A DNA stretch of 64,000 nucleotides, from positions 32,587,810 through 32,651,809 of the forward strand of contig NC_052152.1 in assembly GCF_902713615.1 (NCBI RefSeq), read 5' to 3'. This DNA comes from Scyliorhinus canicula. Its lineage: Eukaryota. The notes beneath the pieces are model-generated. The model was not told the origin of the DNA and did not search any database. It was given only the letters and a program-made list of their open reading frames with translations. Made by a program: the position numbers and the translations under genes. This document shows positions 10,913-21,794 of the stretch, piece after piece (position 1 is the first letter of the stretch; each line of letters starts with the position of its first letter).

Positions 10913-12960
10913 CTTGATATGTCTGTAGATTAAATTGAGGCACCCTCAATTACGACGCGAGAGCGAGGTCGGTAATCAAAAGGCTTTAATCTACAGAGAA
11001 CTGAACAGCATCCGAGAGAAGTGTGCTCACCAGATGGAGCCTTATCCTATATACCGTTTCCTGGGGGCGTAGCCAGAGGCGGAGTCCCCCAGGGTTCCAA
11101 GCCTCTTAAAGGGGCAAGGTATTAAAGGTCAGGTACCGTTTACGGCAGTTATTAATACCGTTCATCACAGCCTCATAGCTAGATGTAGTACGTTTATAAA
11201 ACCAAAAGCCAATGCCCAACTTGATCATGAATCTGTCCTTCAAAGATTTGCCTCCTTTACATGACCTCTATCAGACTGATGCATATTACTGAAGGAAGGT
11301 GAATTGCCAAAATCACCGAGATCATATTATAAAATAATCAAGCAGTGTAAAATTTAAAAGCAAAGTTCCACTTGCTACAGATGACAAAGTTCTGCGATAG
11401 TCATTAGTTTCCTAAGGTCTGCAGGTATACAACCGGTACATATTAATGAAAGAGTTTCAACTACCACAGCTGCTGAGAACATCCAATTGAAATAAATAAG
11501 TAATATAACATTTAAATTCAAAGTTCCACTTGCTACAGATGACGACGCTCTGCAACAGTCATTGGTTTCCCCAAGGTCTACAGGCATGTTCTAATTCCTG
11601 CTGATCACCCTAGCATGTCTTCTTTCACCTTGTATCACCTCAAGCGTGAAATATACTATCCGAGGCATTTAACACAAACTTGTGCTGCTTAAAAACGTGT
11701 ACTTCCCAAAGTATTTATAACAGTGCAGTGATAAAAAAAAAGTGCTTCACACATTGCACACTAAAGCTTAAAAAGGCTGTTTTAAAAAAAACTGCAGACT
11801 CGTTCAGAAAACATTTTTGCCTCAAATAGATCACTTGTAATCCATGAATCAATAATATTTTATGTCAGGACGGCATAAATTTTATGTGGATTGGTCATGC
11901 TAAATTGCCCCTTAATTGGGAAAATAAAATGAATTGGTACTCTAAAAATGTTTTTCAATAATAGTATTTTATCTCTCCTGCACCTTACTTTTATATTTAT
12001 CTCGTTACATCATGCTATTTCTTTAAACATCCCTCAGGAACAATCAGGAGAGAATTTGCGCAGAGGTTCAAAATCAGGTCATTTCTGTGATAGACCATCT
12101 ATGCCATTCCTCAAAGGTTTCTGTGGATCTTCCTCCTTTCCCTCCTCTCACCCTCAACTGTGCAAAAATCCAGGAAATCTCTTGCCTTGTTCTCTTCATT
12201 ACTTCATTAACATATGTAGTTGTTGACATCGAGGACCAACAATGGGATTAAATTCATTTCTTGGCGATGTTTGGTGCACGCATTGGTAAGTTTTCATAAG
12301 TTTCTGTCACGTAAATTATTTCAAACGTGTTAATGACATTATTAAAACAGCATCTACTGTAATTTTATATGAACACATTGTACATTATTTTTAATGAACA
12401 GGTCTACCTTAATTGTTCTTTTTGAAAGATCAGTATGTCTTAAGGAAAAAACCATTAGTAGTAGGGTAGGTTCTCTCACAAAAATAGTGCACTTCAGCCA
12501 TTTATTATCCTTTAAAAATATTTTTATTAAGAAAACTTTTCATTATAACACAGTAAGACACATAACAAATACAACTCAAAACATAACCACCTTCCCAATC
12601 ACACCCCCTCAAATAGAGAACAAAACTTAACTAACCACCCCCCCCCCCCAAAACAGCTGACAGTGACTAGCTCCTTAAAATAGGAAATTAATGGCAGCCA
12701 TCTCGACTAGAACCCTTCTAATCCTTCATGATGTACTTGACCTTCGCTAAATACAAAAACACAATAAGGTCACTCAACCGGGATGAGGGACTGGGTGGAA
12801 CCGGAGTCTTCACCCAAGCAGAACCTGCCCCCGGGCTAACAATGAGGCAAAGGTGAGTGCATCTGCCTTTACCCGTCTGCAGCTCCGGCGAGTACGAAAT
12901 CCCGAAAATGCCCACCAGCGGACAAGGTTACAGCTCAATTCCAAGAATCCCTGACGTAAA

Positions 12961-13162
12961 GGGTAGCACGGTGGCACGGTGGTTAGCACTGCTGTCTCAC
13001 GGCACCAAGGACCCGGGTTCGATCACTGTCCTTGTGGAGTTTACACATTGTCTGCGTGGGTCTCACTCCCACAACCCAAAATGTTGTGCAGGGATTGGCC
13101 ACGCTAAATTGTCACTTAATTGGAAAAATAGAATTGGATACTCTAAGTGTATTTTTTTTTTA
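12961..13162 (+). mobile_element. Short HE1-like SINE with A/T-rich tail and 15-bp TSD
   Basis: TSD aagaat(c/t)cctgac(g/a)t at 12943 and 13163. Confidence 0.8.
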
Positions 13163-13765
13163 AAGAATTCCTGACATTGTGTTGAGAAGGAGACCCAGAC
13201 GCTTCCAAGTTTAGGACATGACCAGGACACGCGCGCATGATTGGCCAGCCCCCTAGAACAACGCTTGCAGCTATCTTCCAGCCCCAGAAAAAACTCACTC
13301 ATCAGCGTCCTGGTCCGATGTGACCTGTGCACCACCTTAAACTGAATCAAGCTGAGCTTTGCACATTAGGAGGCAGCATTGACCCTGTGAAGAGCCTCAC
13401 TCCACAACTCGCCCCCACATCAAAAACCGGACCCAGCTCCCTCTCCCATTTCCTTTTTACCTCATCGAACGGAGCCTGCTCCATTGACAAGATCTGACCA
13501 TAAATATCAGAAATCCTCCCCTCTCCAACTCAGCCAGCAAAAGGATCGTCTCCAAAAGAGAAGATAAAGATGCCAGAGGAAAAGAAGGAATCTCCTTCTG
13601 CAAAAAGTCACGGACCTGAAAAAAAATCTAATTGGGAGTTGGAATTTATCGAGCAGCTCCTCAAACTGGTGAATTTCCCCTCTATAAACATGTCCCCAAA
13701 CCTCTCCAACCCCTCCCTGCCCATGATAGGAATGACAAATCCAAACCCTCCACTACAAAGAGATG

Positions 13766-14268
13766 GGGTGGGATTCTCCGACCCCCCCCGCCGGGTTGGA
13801 GAATCGCCGGGGGGGCGGACTGAATCCCACCCCCGCCGGCCACCGAATTCTACGGCACCGGAGATTCAGCGGGGGCGGGAATCGCGCCGCGCCAGTCGCT
13901 CATAGCGGCCCCCTTGGCGATTCTCCGACCCGCGATGGGCCGAAGTCCCGCCCGTTTTTTGCCAGTCCCGCCGGCGTAGATCAGACTAGGTCCCTTACCG
14001 GCGGGACCTGGCAGCACGAGCGGGCTCCGGGGTCCTGGGGGGGGGGGCGCAGGGTGATCTGGCCCCGGGGGGTGCGATCGGGGCCCACCAATGCACGGGC
14101 GGGCCTGTGCCATGGGGGCACTCTTTTCCTACGCGTCGACCGTGTCAGCCTCTGCGATGGCCGATGAGTAGGTGAACCCCCCCCTGCGCATGCGCGGTGA
14201 TGACGTCAGCAGTCGCTGACGCTCCCACGCATGCGTGGACCCACGCCGGCCGGCGGAGTCCCTTCGGA
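13766..14268. mobile_element. GC-rich non-autonomous DNA element (MITE-like), one end truncated
   Basis: Interrupts L1 ORF2; begins gggtgggattctcc; contains internal GATTCTCC/GGAGAATC inverted repeats. Confidence 0.5.
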
Positions 14269-17200
14269 CCCTCCCGCTGCAGAAACGTTTTACGTATCTG
14301 CAGGGTCTTGCCCACCCAATTAAGGAAGATATCATTTTATTAACCTTAAGAAAGAAAGACTTGGGAAGAAAAATGGCGTGACACTGAAACAAAAATAAAA
14401 CTTGCGGGAGGACATTCATTTTTACCGATTGGGCCCTACCCACCAAATACAGAGAGAGGTTGTCCGACTTTTTCCAAGTCAAACTTAACCCCATTCACCA
14501 GGCTAGCAAAACCGAGTCTATGGAGCACGGCCCAGTCGTGGGCCACCAGGCTTCCCAGATAACGAAAGTTAGACCTGGTCAAGCAAAAAGGCAACATCCC
14601 CAAATTGACTCCCCTGCCCAGTGAATTCACCATAATGTATTTGCTTCTGTCCAGATTCAACTTATACCCCAAGGATGGGTCAAAATTCCGAAGTAGCTTC
14701 ATTATCTCCCCTACATTAGAGAGAGGATCTGTTATATACAATGGCAGATCATCGGCATAGGACACCCTAGGCTCTCTCTCTCTCCCCTCCGTCCCACAGA
14801 TGGCCTCACTGCTATGACCAGTGATTCAATTGCCAAGGTAAACAATAACGGGGACAAGAGGCAACCCTGCCCTATTCAACTGGCTCAGGGCATTCATGTG
14901 AACACTTGCAGTGGGCGGCCCTGTACAGAATATGGGTCCATGGTATAAACCTAGCACCAAAACCAAACTGGCCAAGGATCTCAAACAGCTACGCCCACTC
15001 TACCGTTTCAAATCGTTTTTCAGCATCCATTGAAATAATTACCTCTGGCTCAGGGACTTGAGAGACCCACTAGACAATATTAAGTAGTTGACATATGTTG
15101 GTCGATAGCTGCCAGCCCTTGACAAAACCAGTCTGTTATTCCGAGATCACCCTCATGATCCAAACGCATTACCAGAATGTTCACCAACAACCTAGAGTCG
15201 CCGTTCAGTAATGAGATGGGACAATATGACTCTCACTCTGTCGGATCTTTATACTTCTTCAAAATCAAGTAGTTCGATGCCTGCACTTGTGTGATTGGCA
15301 ATACCCCCCACAGGACATGGAATCGTCAAACATGTTCGAACAACAATGGGATTAGTTCACCTGCAAATTTCTTCCAAAATTCAATGGGGAATCAATCTGG
15401 GCCCGGAGTCTGACCCGACTACATTAAACCCAGACATTTAATGATCTGCTCCAGGATCAACGGGGACTCCAACTCTTCTTCTCTCCCGCTCCACCACTGG
15501 GATGGACAAGCCATTCAAAAATTCCATTATGGGCAACCTCTCCTCCGGGGGCTCTGATTTGTAGAGGCTTCGGTAAAGGCCGCAAAGGCAGCACTGACCT
15601 TCGACCCATATTTATATAATGTCGCCCCCAAGCGTCGCGGCTGGCTTACTGACTTGCCTGTTGAGAGCAGCTCAAATTCCTTCTGCAACTTCGTCCTACT
15701 CGCCAATAACTCCCCTGTCGGGGCAAGTGAGTACTGGCAGTCCACTCAAGGGTGGAGTTCACCAACCTCTGGCTCCTCACCCTTTCACTGTTCTCCTTAT
15801 GTGCCTTATAGATTATCTTCCCCCCCTTAATGACCTGCATGGAAGGCGAGAAAGTCTCACTCCTATTACACTTAATATACTCCTCAATGGGGTGTCCCAC
15901 TCACAGAACCCTTTATCCGCCAGCAACGCCGTATCCAGCCTTCACGACGGCGTTGAGAGGGGCCTGGCTCCAACACCAAATCCATAAAATATGGAGCATG
16001 ATCGAAATAACTATTATCCAATTATCCCGCCATCTTCACCCCAGAAAGAGACCTGGCACCACAAAATAATCAATCCGAGAGTGAGGGAAAAGTAAAGTCC
16101 TCACTTGGATGTAAAAATCACCACAAGTCTGCCCCCCACCCCCCTCCTTCGGTTCCATAAAAGCTAATTATGCCTTTACCACTCCCGAAGGACTCAAAGA
16201 CTGAGGTATCGATGTATCCAGTCCAGGGTCCAATACACAATTAAAGTCCCCCACCCCAGATTTAACTGGTGTGTATCCAGGTCAGGAACAGAAATTAGCA
16301 ACTTGCTAACGGCAGCCCTACGATTCTCAGCTTCTGCCATATGGAGTGATTCTCCAGATCGTCCACTTTGGTCCTAAGCGCTTTGTTATCCCAAGTCACC
16401 CGTGCCATCTCCACTTCCCGGACGCGACCTGGCCACTCTGCCTCGAGAGGGCCACCTCCACACCCTGTATCACCTCGCCTAGCACCGTTACCGTCTGATC
16501 CGCTTTTGCTAAGGCTGCACGAATGGGGGCCAGGGCCTCTTTGATTGCTCTAGATTGAGGCCTTCAGCGACAGCCTGCTGGAATTAAGCTCCACCAGCAG
16601 GATGCCTGTAAGCATCTCAGCGTTTAGTGGAGTGGCCAAAGTCGCAGAAAGAGACTCTGCCATTTTCTCAGCAGACGAAACTCGAGAGGCTTCCGAGTCT
16701 CACGACGATTCTTTACTTCTCCGCTGCCTTGTCTGGTACTTTTTAGACATTTCTTTGACGTGAGAACCTTATCCCATCGAACTAATAAAATTCCACCCCA
16801 AAAGCACTCCCCAAAACCAGGCGAAAAGGGCCAAAATCAAAATAAGCCTCCAAATAATCTACCGACACAACCCTTTTGTTTATACCAATCAATGGATTCT
16901 TGTTATTTGAGCTGACATCCAAAGCAGGACATTGTAAATGGAAAGATGTTATAGACTCAATTTTGAATCTGTCGGCTAATCAGTCTTTAAAGGCATGCAG
17001 AAGGGCAGTGGCATTTGCTGAACTGATACTACTACCATCATCATATTAAATTCAGAAAATATCATTTAAAAGTTTATTTGAAAAATATGTATCCAATTTT
17101 AAAAGAAAGAGGAACTTTTTATTCTCAGATAGAATTAGCATGAGATCGATCACAGACATTTTTTTTCACTTCATAAGATCACAAGATAGATTCAGATGAA

Positions 17201-17520
17201 AAAATGATCTTTAGCCCATTTGGTCACATCCATTGAGAAGACCAAGGACATTGACTTCCAATTGTAGCATCTGTTTCTTAAATGAACCCTGTCTTCTTCA
17301 CCTTTCCTGATGGTAATCCATTGCAATCTTTGGACAACATTGGAGTAAAATGCAATCCATGATCACTCAACACACTCTCCCCAATCTTGAAACAGTGCCG
17401 CTCTTTATTGCTACCCTGTTGTTTCTGAAAGTATTATTCCAGACATATGCACTATATTCCATTAAGAATCTTATATGCCTCAAAAGACATTTATTATTGT
17501 GCCTTAAGATTGCCTGAAAA

Positions 17521-17850
17521 GGGATGGCACAGTGGTTAGCACTGCTGCCTCACAGCACCAGGGACCCAGGTTCAATTCCTGGCTTGGGGCACTGGCTGTG
17601 CGGACCCTGCACATTCTCCCTGTGTCTGCGTGGGTTTCCTCCGGATGCTCCGGTTTCCTCCCACAGTCCAAAGATGTACAGGTTGATTGACTGGCCATGC
17701 TAAATTACCCCTTGTTGTCCAAAGATGTGCAGGTTAGGTGAGGTTATGGGGTTACAGGAATAGGTCGGGGGAGTGAGATTAGGTTTTTCCAGAGGGTCGG
17801 TGCAGACTCAATGGGCTGAATGGCCTCCTTCTGCACTGGAGGAATTTTAT
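17521..17850 (+). mobile_element. HE1-like SINE
   Basis: Head, core and tail similarity to other copies. Confidence 0.85.
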
Positions 17851-18094
17851 AATAGGAAGTCAACCAGAAATGCTGGACTATTTATTCTGGGAGCATGATG
17901 AGAAGATAGGAATTATTTTAGACAAAATGAACTATTAACATATTATTCCTAATTGTTCACATTAATATATAATAAAAATAATTGTTCAAGAGTACCATTG
18001 CATGTAAATATAAATGTGCAAAAAGAGCTTGAGTAACAGAATTTTGCAGTTCATTCTAAAATGCGATAATTTGTGTGCACTCATTAAACTTGAT

Positions 18095-18100
18095 TTTATT
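18095..18100 (-). terminator. Candidate polyadenylation signal (AATAAA) for gene B
   Basis: tttatt on the + strand, about 180 nt downstream of the stop codon. Confidence 0.4.
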
Positions 18101-18281
18101 TAGCAAAGCCTTTGTAGGTTGGAGTACTTTAAACTACAGAAGCTATGGGGATCATTTTCAATTTTGCTTCCTAGGAGTAACCTGTTGGTGTTGATTGCAT
18201 CCCTGTGGTAGAAATTTCATTCCATCCACCAGCTTTCCAACCAGGGCTGCAAAGTTGAAGATGATCTATTTTTACACTAAA

Positions 18282-18848
18282 TTACTTGAAAAGTACACTT
18301 AATTCATTGAGATGGGCCATTAGTGCAGGCTGCTCAAGAGATAAACTGGGTTGGGTGATTTCCTGCTGACCGCTCAAAGTTTTCATCTGAAGGTTAACAT
18401 ATTTGATTTTCAAGGTGCTTCTACCAACTGGCGTACAGCCAATTCCAAAGAGCTGCTCAAAAATTCCGAGGCACTGTGTGTTCTTGTGAATGGTGCCAGC
18501 CACCGCTACAGCAACGAACCCATGTTTAGAAGTTACACTTCTCATGCCGTTCTTGCTGATGTTGGGATTGAAGAGCAGTTGTTCATCCTTCACCAGGGAC
18601 AGCAAGCGCTGACTGACCATTGCCGAACTCTGGTAATGCTCGGTTTTCTGTTGCTCGCTTTTGTGTTCCCGGACAGAATAAGCAAAGTGAAGTATTGCAT
18701 CCTCCCAAAAGTGTTGTGGACCCCACTCTTCTGGTTGTTGGCCAAAGGAAGGATTTTGGGAGTTCAGAAGGATAAAGAACCATTGGCAGAACTTCTCCCC
18801 TATCATTTGGGAGTCAAAGTATCCATCTGTCTGCGATGGTGTCTCGCA
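18282..18848 (-). CDS. C3orf38-like paralog, gene B, terminal coding exon (DUF4518 C-terminal region)
   Basis: Phase-0 acceptor ctttccag|TGC; KFCQWFFILLNSQNP, EWGPQHFW, AVAGTIH, CLGIFEQLFG motifs; TAA at 18284-18282. Confidence 0.88.
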   Translation of the reverse strand, partial: CETPSQTDGYFDSQMIGEKFCQWFFILLNSQNPSFGQQPEEWGPQHFWEDAILHFAYSVREHKSEQQKTEHYQSSAMVSQRLLSLVKDEQLLFNPNISKNGMRSVTSKHGFVAVAVAGTIHKNTQCLGIFEQLFGIGCTPVGRSTLKIKYVNLQMKTLSGQQEITQPSLSLEQPALMAHLNELSVLFK

Positions 18849-19176
18849 CTGGAAAGTTATAAGGAGCAGGAATAAAATCAAATCATTAGAACAGCATACA
18901 AATGAATAGCAATGATAAATATATTTAAGGTATAAAATATGCACTGGGTAAGGAATAAAAGGAGGACATTGCAACCTTGTCCTTCCTTTGTTCTGAGAAC
19001 TAATAGTTGGAATTGGGACCAATGATTGTGTTGTGAACATAGAGGAAATTTAGCTAATGCTTGAGAGGATCTAAAGTAAGGAATAAAAACCAGTGTGGTC
19101 TTTAGATCATGAGAGAATGTAAATGCAGCTTTCTACCATAGCTCCCCAAGGAACATCCACATCTACTTGACATCGA

Positions 19177-19340
19177 GGGGCTGGTTTAGCTCACTGGGCT
19201 AAATCGCTGGCTTTGAAAGCAGACCAAGCAGGCCAGCAGCACGGTTCGATTCCCGTACCAACCTCCCCGGACAGGCGCCAGAATGTGGCGACTAGGGGCT
19301 TTTCACAGTAACTTCATTGAAGCCTACTCGTGACAATAAG
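19177..19340 (+). mobile_element. SINE family 2
   Basis: Similarity to other copies. Confidence 0.85.
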
Positions 19341-19385
19341 TGATTTTCATGTTCATTTCAAATTGAAAATGATGGGAAAATACTC

Positions 19386-19775
19386 AGATCATTAGAAAGG
19401 CAAAGAGCAGAACACACCACCAGACCCCACCATAATCACAGGCCCCTCTCACCCAGGTTATTCTCTCTTCCAACCTCTCCCATTGGGAAGAAGATACAAA
19501 TGTCTGAGAACACGCACTAATAGATTCAAAAACAGCTTCTTCCCCGGTGTCACCAGACTCCTGAATGACCCTCTTATGGACTGAACTGATCTCTACACGC
19601 ATCTTCTCTACTGAGTAGTACTACACTCCGTATGCTTCACCCGATGTCATATTTACATTGTATATCTATCAAGTATCCTTTTTTCATGTATTGACCGATC
19701 TGACTGGACCGTACACAGAACAATACTTTTCACTGTACCTCAGAACACATGACAATAAACCAAAATCTAATCCAG
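19386..19775 (+). mobile_element. Rex1-like LINE 3' fragment
   Basis: Similar to 34590-34935 (RTRTNR.KNSFFP coding stretch and cactgtacctc..gacaataaac tail). Confidence 0.75.
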
Positions 19776-19984
19776 ACTGTCTAGAGCATGAAATGCTCAA
19801 ATAAGAAATCCTCCTTTAATCGGGAATATTAGGTTGCCGTGGTGTGAAAGAAAGATGACAGTTTCACGCACAAGAATACAGAAAGGAAATATAAGAACAT
19901 AGGAAGAAGAAAAGGCCACTCAGGGGCAGCATGGTGGTGCAGTGGGTTAGCCCTGCTGCCTCACGGCACCGAGGTCCCAGGTTC

Positions 19985-21100
19985 TCTTTTCAGAAAGCCT
20001 CAGCTACCCACCTGGGACTACAGAGGCCTGGAGACAAACCACAAGCTGAAAGTTGCTGTGAGCAATATAACCCTCTCCAGGAAGCTGCTAAAAGTTGTAA
20101 GTATTGCATCTTGAAACCACAGAACTGAATCAATCTACAGGAATGTCATTGCAGGCTGTAGACAAGGACAAGGATCTACTTTTTCTCCAGAGAGACTGAG
20201 AGTGTTTATTTCTAAAACCACAGATACCTGAATTAATCCACAGTAAAAACATTGAACGGAAGGCCAGAATTGAAAAAAAGCTTCCGTAAATCTGAAGCAA
20301 AGACTCTTATCTATTCACTTTCCTTTTTTTTAAATAAATTTTAGAGTACCCAATTATTTTTTCCAATTAAGGGGCAATTTAGCGTGGCCAATTCACCTAA
20401 CCTGCACATCTTTTGGGTTGTGGGGGCGAAACCCACACAGACACGGGGAGAATGTGCAAACTCCACACGGACAGTGACCCAAGGCCGGGATTCGAACCCG
20501 GGTCCTCAGCGCCGTAGGCAGCAATGCTAACCACTGTGCCACCATGCTGCCCCACTTTTCTTTTTTAAATAAATTTAGAGTACCCAATTCATTTCTTCCA
20601 ATTAAGGGGCAATTTAGCGTGGCCAATCCACCTATCCTGCACATCTTTGTATTGTGGGGACGAAACCTACGCAAACACGGGGAGAACGTGCAAAGTCCAC
20701 ATCGAACCTGGGACCGCGGCGCCGTGAGACAGCAGGGCTAACCACTGCACCACCGTGCTTCCCCCTATTCACTTTCATCCTTATTATTTTTCACCCCTTC
20801 CCCTCCTCTGTTTGTCTGTCTTGCCTTGTGTTTGTGGGTAGATTGTGGAGACAGTGAAAGTGGGAGTCAGGAGTTAAATGATAGTTAACCAATTGTATTT
20901 ACTGTGTATGTTATTATAGTTCTTGTTATAAATAAACAGCAATTGTGTTTAAACCTGGTGACTGTAATTATTGGACAGTCAATGGCCAAAGACTCAGGGT
21001 ACTTTCATACGAATTATTGGTTAATTTGTCAACACTTTGTGTTGTAACTCCAAGGCATGTGGGCTGGAATTGACCGTGCACTAGCCCAGGGTGTCGTAAC
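19985..21100 (+). mobile_element. LTR fragment (3' part) interrupted by two SINEs
   Basis: AATAAA at about 20931 and a gtcgtaaca terminus. Confidence 0.5.
20323..20764 (-). mobile_element. Two tandem short HE1-like SINEs inside one 12-bp TSD
   Basis: ctattcactttc at 20311-20322 and 20765-20776. Confidence 0.85.
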
Positions 21101-21185
21101 AACTACGCCAATTTTTGATTAGTGCTGTATAGGCACAATGGCAGAATTACTTTTGTCTGATAAATATGAACATATACAAATATAG

Positions 21186-21723
21186 GAGCTGGTTTAGCAC
21201 AATGGGATAAACAGCTGGCTTGTAAAGCAGAACAAGGCCAGCAGCGCAGGTTGAATTCCCATACCAGTCTCCCCGAACAGGCGCAGGAATGTGGCGACTA
21301 GGAGCTTTTCACAATAATTTCATTGAAGCCTACTTGTGATAATAAATGATTATTATTATTATTATTAACCAAGAGGGCAGCACGGTAGCATGGTGGTTAG
21401 CATAAATGCTTCACAGCTCCAGGGTCCCAGGTTCGGTTCCCGGCTGGGTCACTGTTTGTGCGGAGTCTGCACGTCCTCCCCGTGTGTGTGTGGGTTTCCA
21501 CCGGGTGCTCCGGTTTCCTCCCACAGTCCAAAGATGTGCGGGTTAGGTGGATTGGCCATGCTAAATTGCCCGTAGTGTCCTAAAAAAAGTAAGGTTAAGG
21601 GGGGGGGGGTTGTTGGGTTACGGGTATAGGGTGGATACGTAGGTTTGAGTAGGGTGATCATTGCTCGGCACAACAGCAAGGGCCGAAGGGCCTGTTCTGT
21701 GCTGTACTGTTCTATGTTCTATG
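21186..21723 (+). mobile_element. SINE family-2 variant (21186-21365) followed by an HE1-like SINE (21376-21723)
   Basis: Similarity to other copies. Confidence 0.85.
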
Positions 21724-21794
21724 AAACAATATTGCAGAGTTTAGGATACAAAATCTCTGAGGTGCTAAACATTTTTTGATGTGAAATGAATTAC

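Larger units (their letters stand above)
7151..11169 (-). mobile_element. Ty3/Gypsy LTR retrotransposon with 5' LTR (11169-10936) and disrupted gag-pol; 3' LTR missing
   Basis: Two Gag Cys/His knuckles, protease LFDSGS, RT, RNase H (ESDAS, DALSR), integrase core (HSDRG, NGQVER) in Gypsy order; LTR TGT...CA. Confidence 0.93.
12510..16850 (-). mobile_element. Degraded L1-clade LINE with nested SINE and MITE-like inserts
   Basis: RT YADD (SYADDLPLYITDP), VKMNVLP, C-terminal IQFKVVHR...C..C...NH....SCPKL. Confidence 0.85.

Noticed and set aside
7146-11174. ccctc / gcctc as the Gypsy TSD
   Set aside because: There is no LTR at the left end, so that boundary is a truncation and the similarity is probably chance.
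18351-18875. 174-aa + strand ORF
   Set aside because: Antisense shadow of exon 3B, with a TTG start and no recognisable homology.
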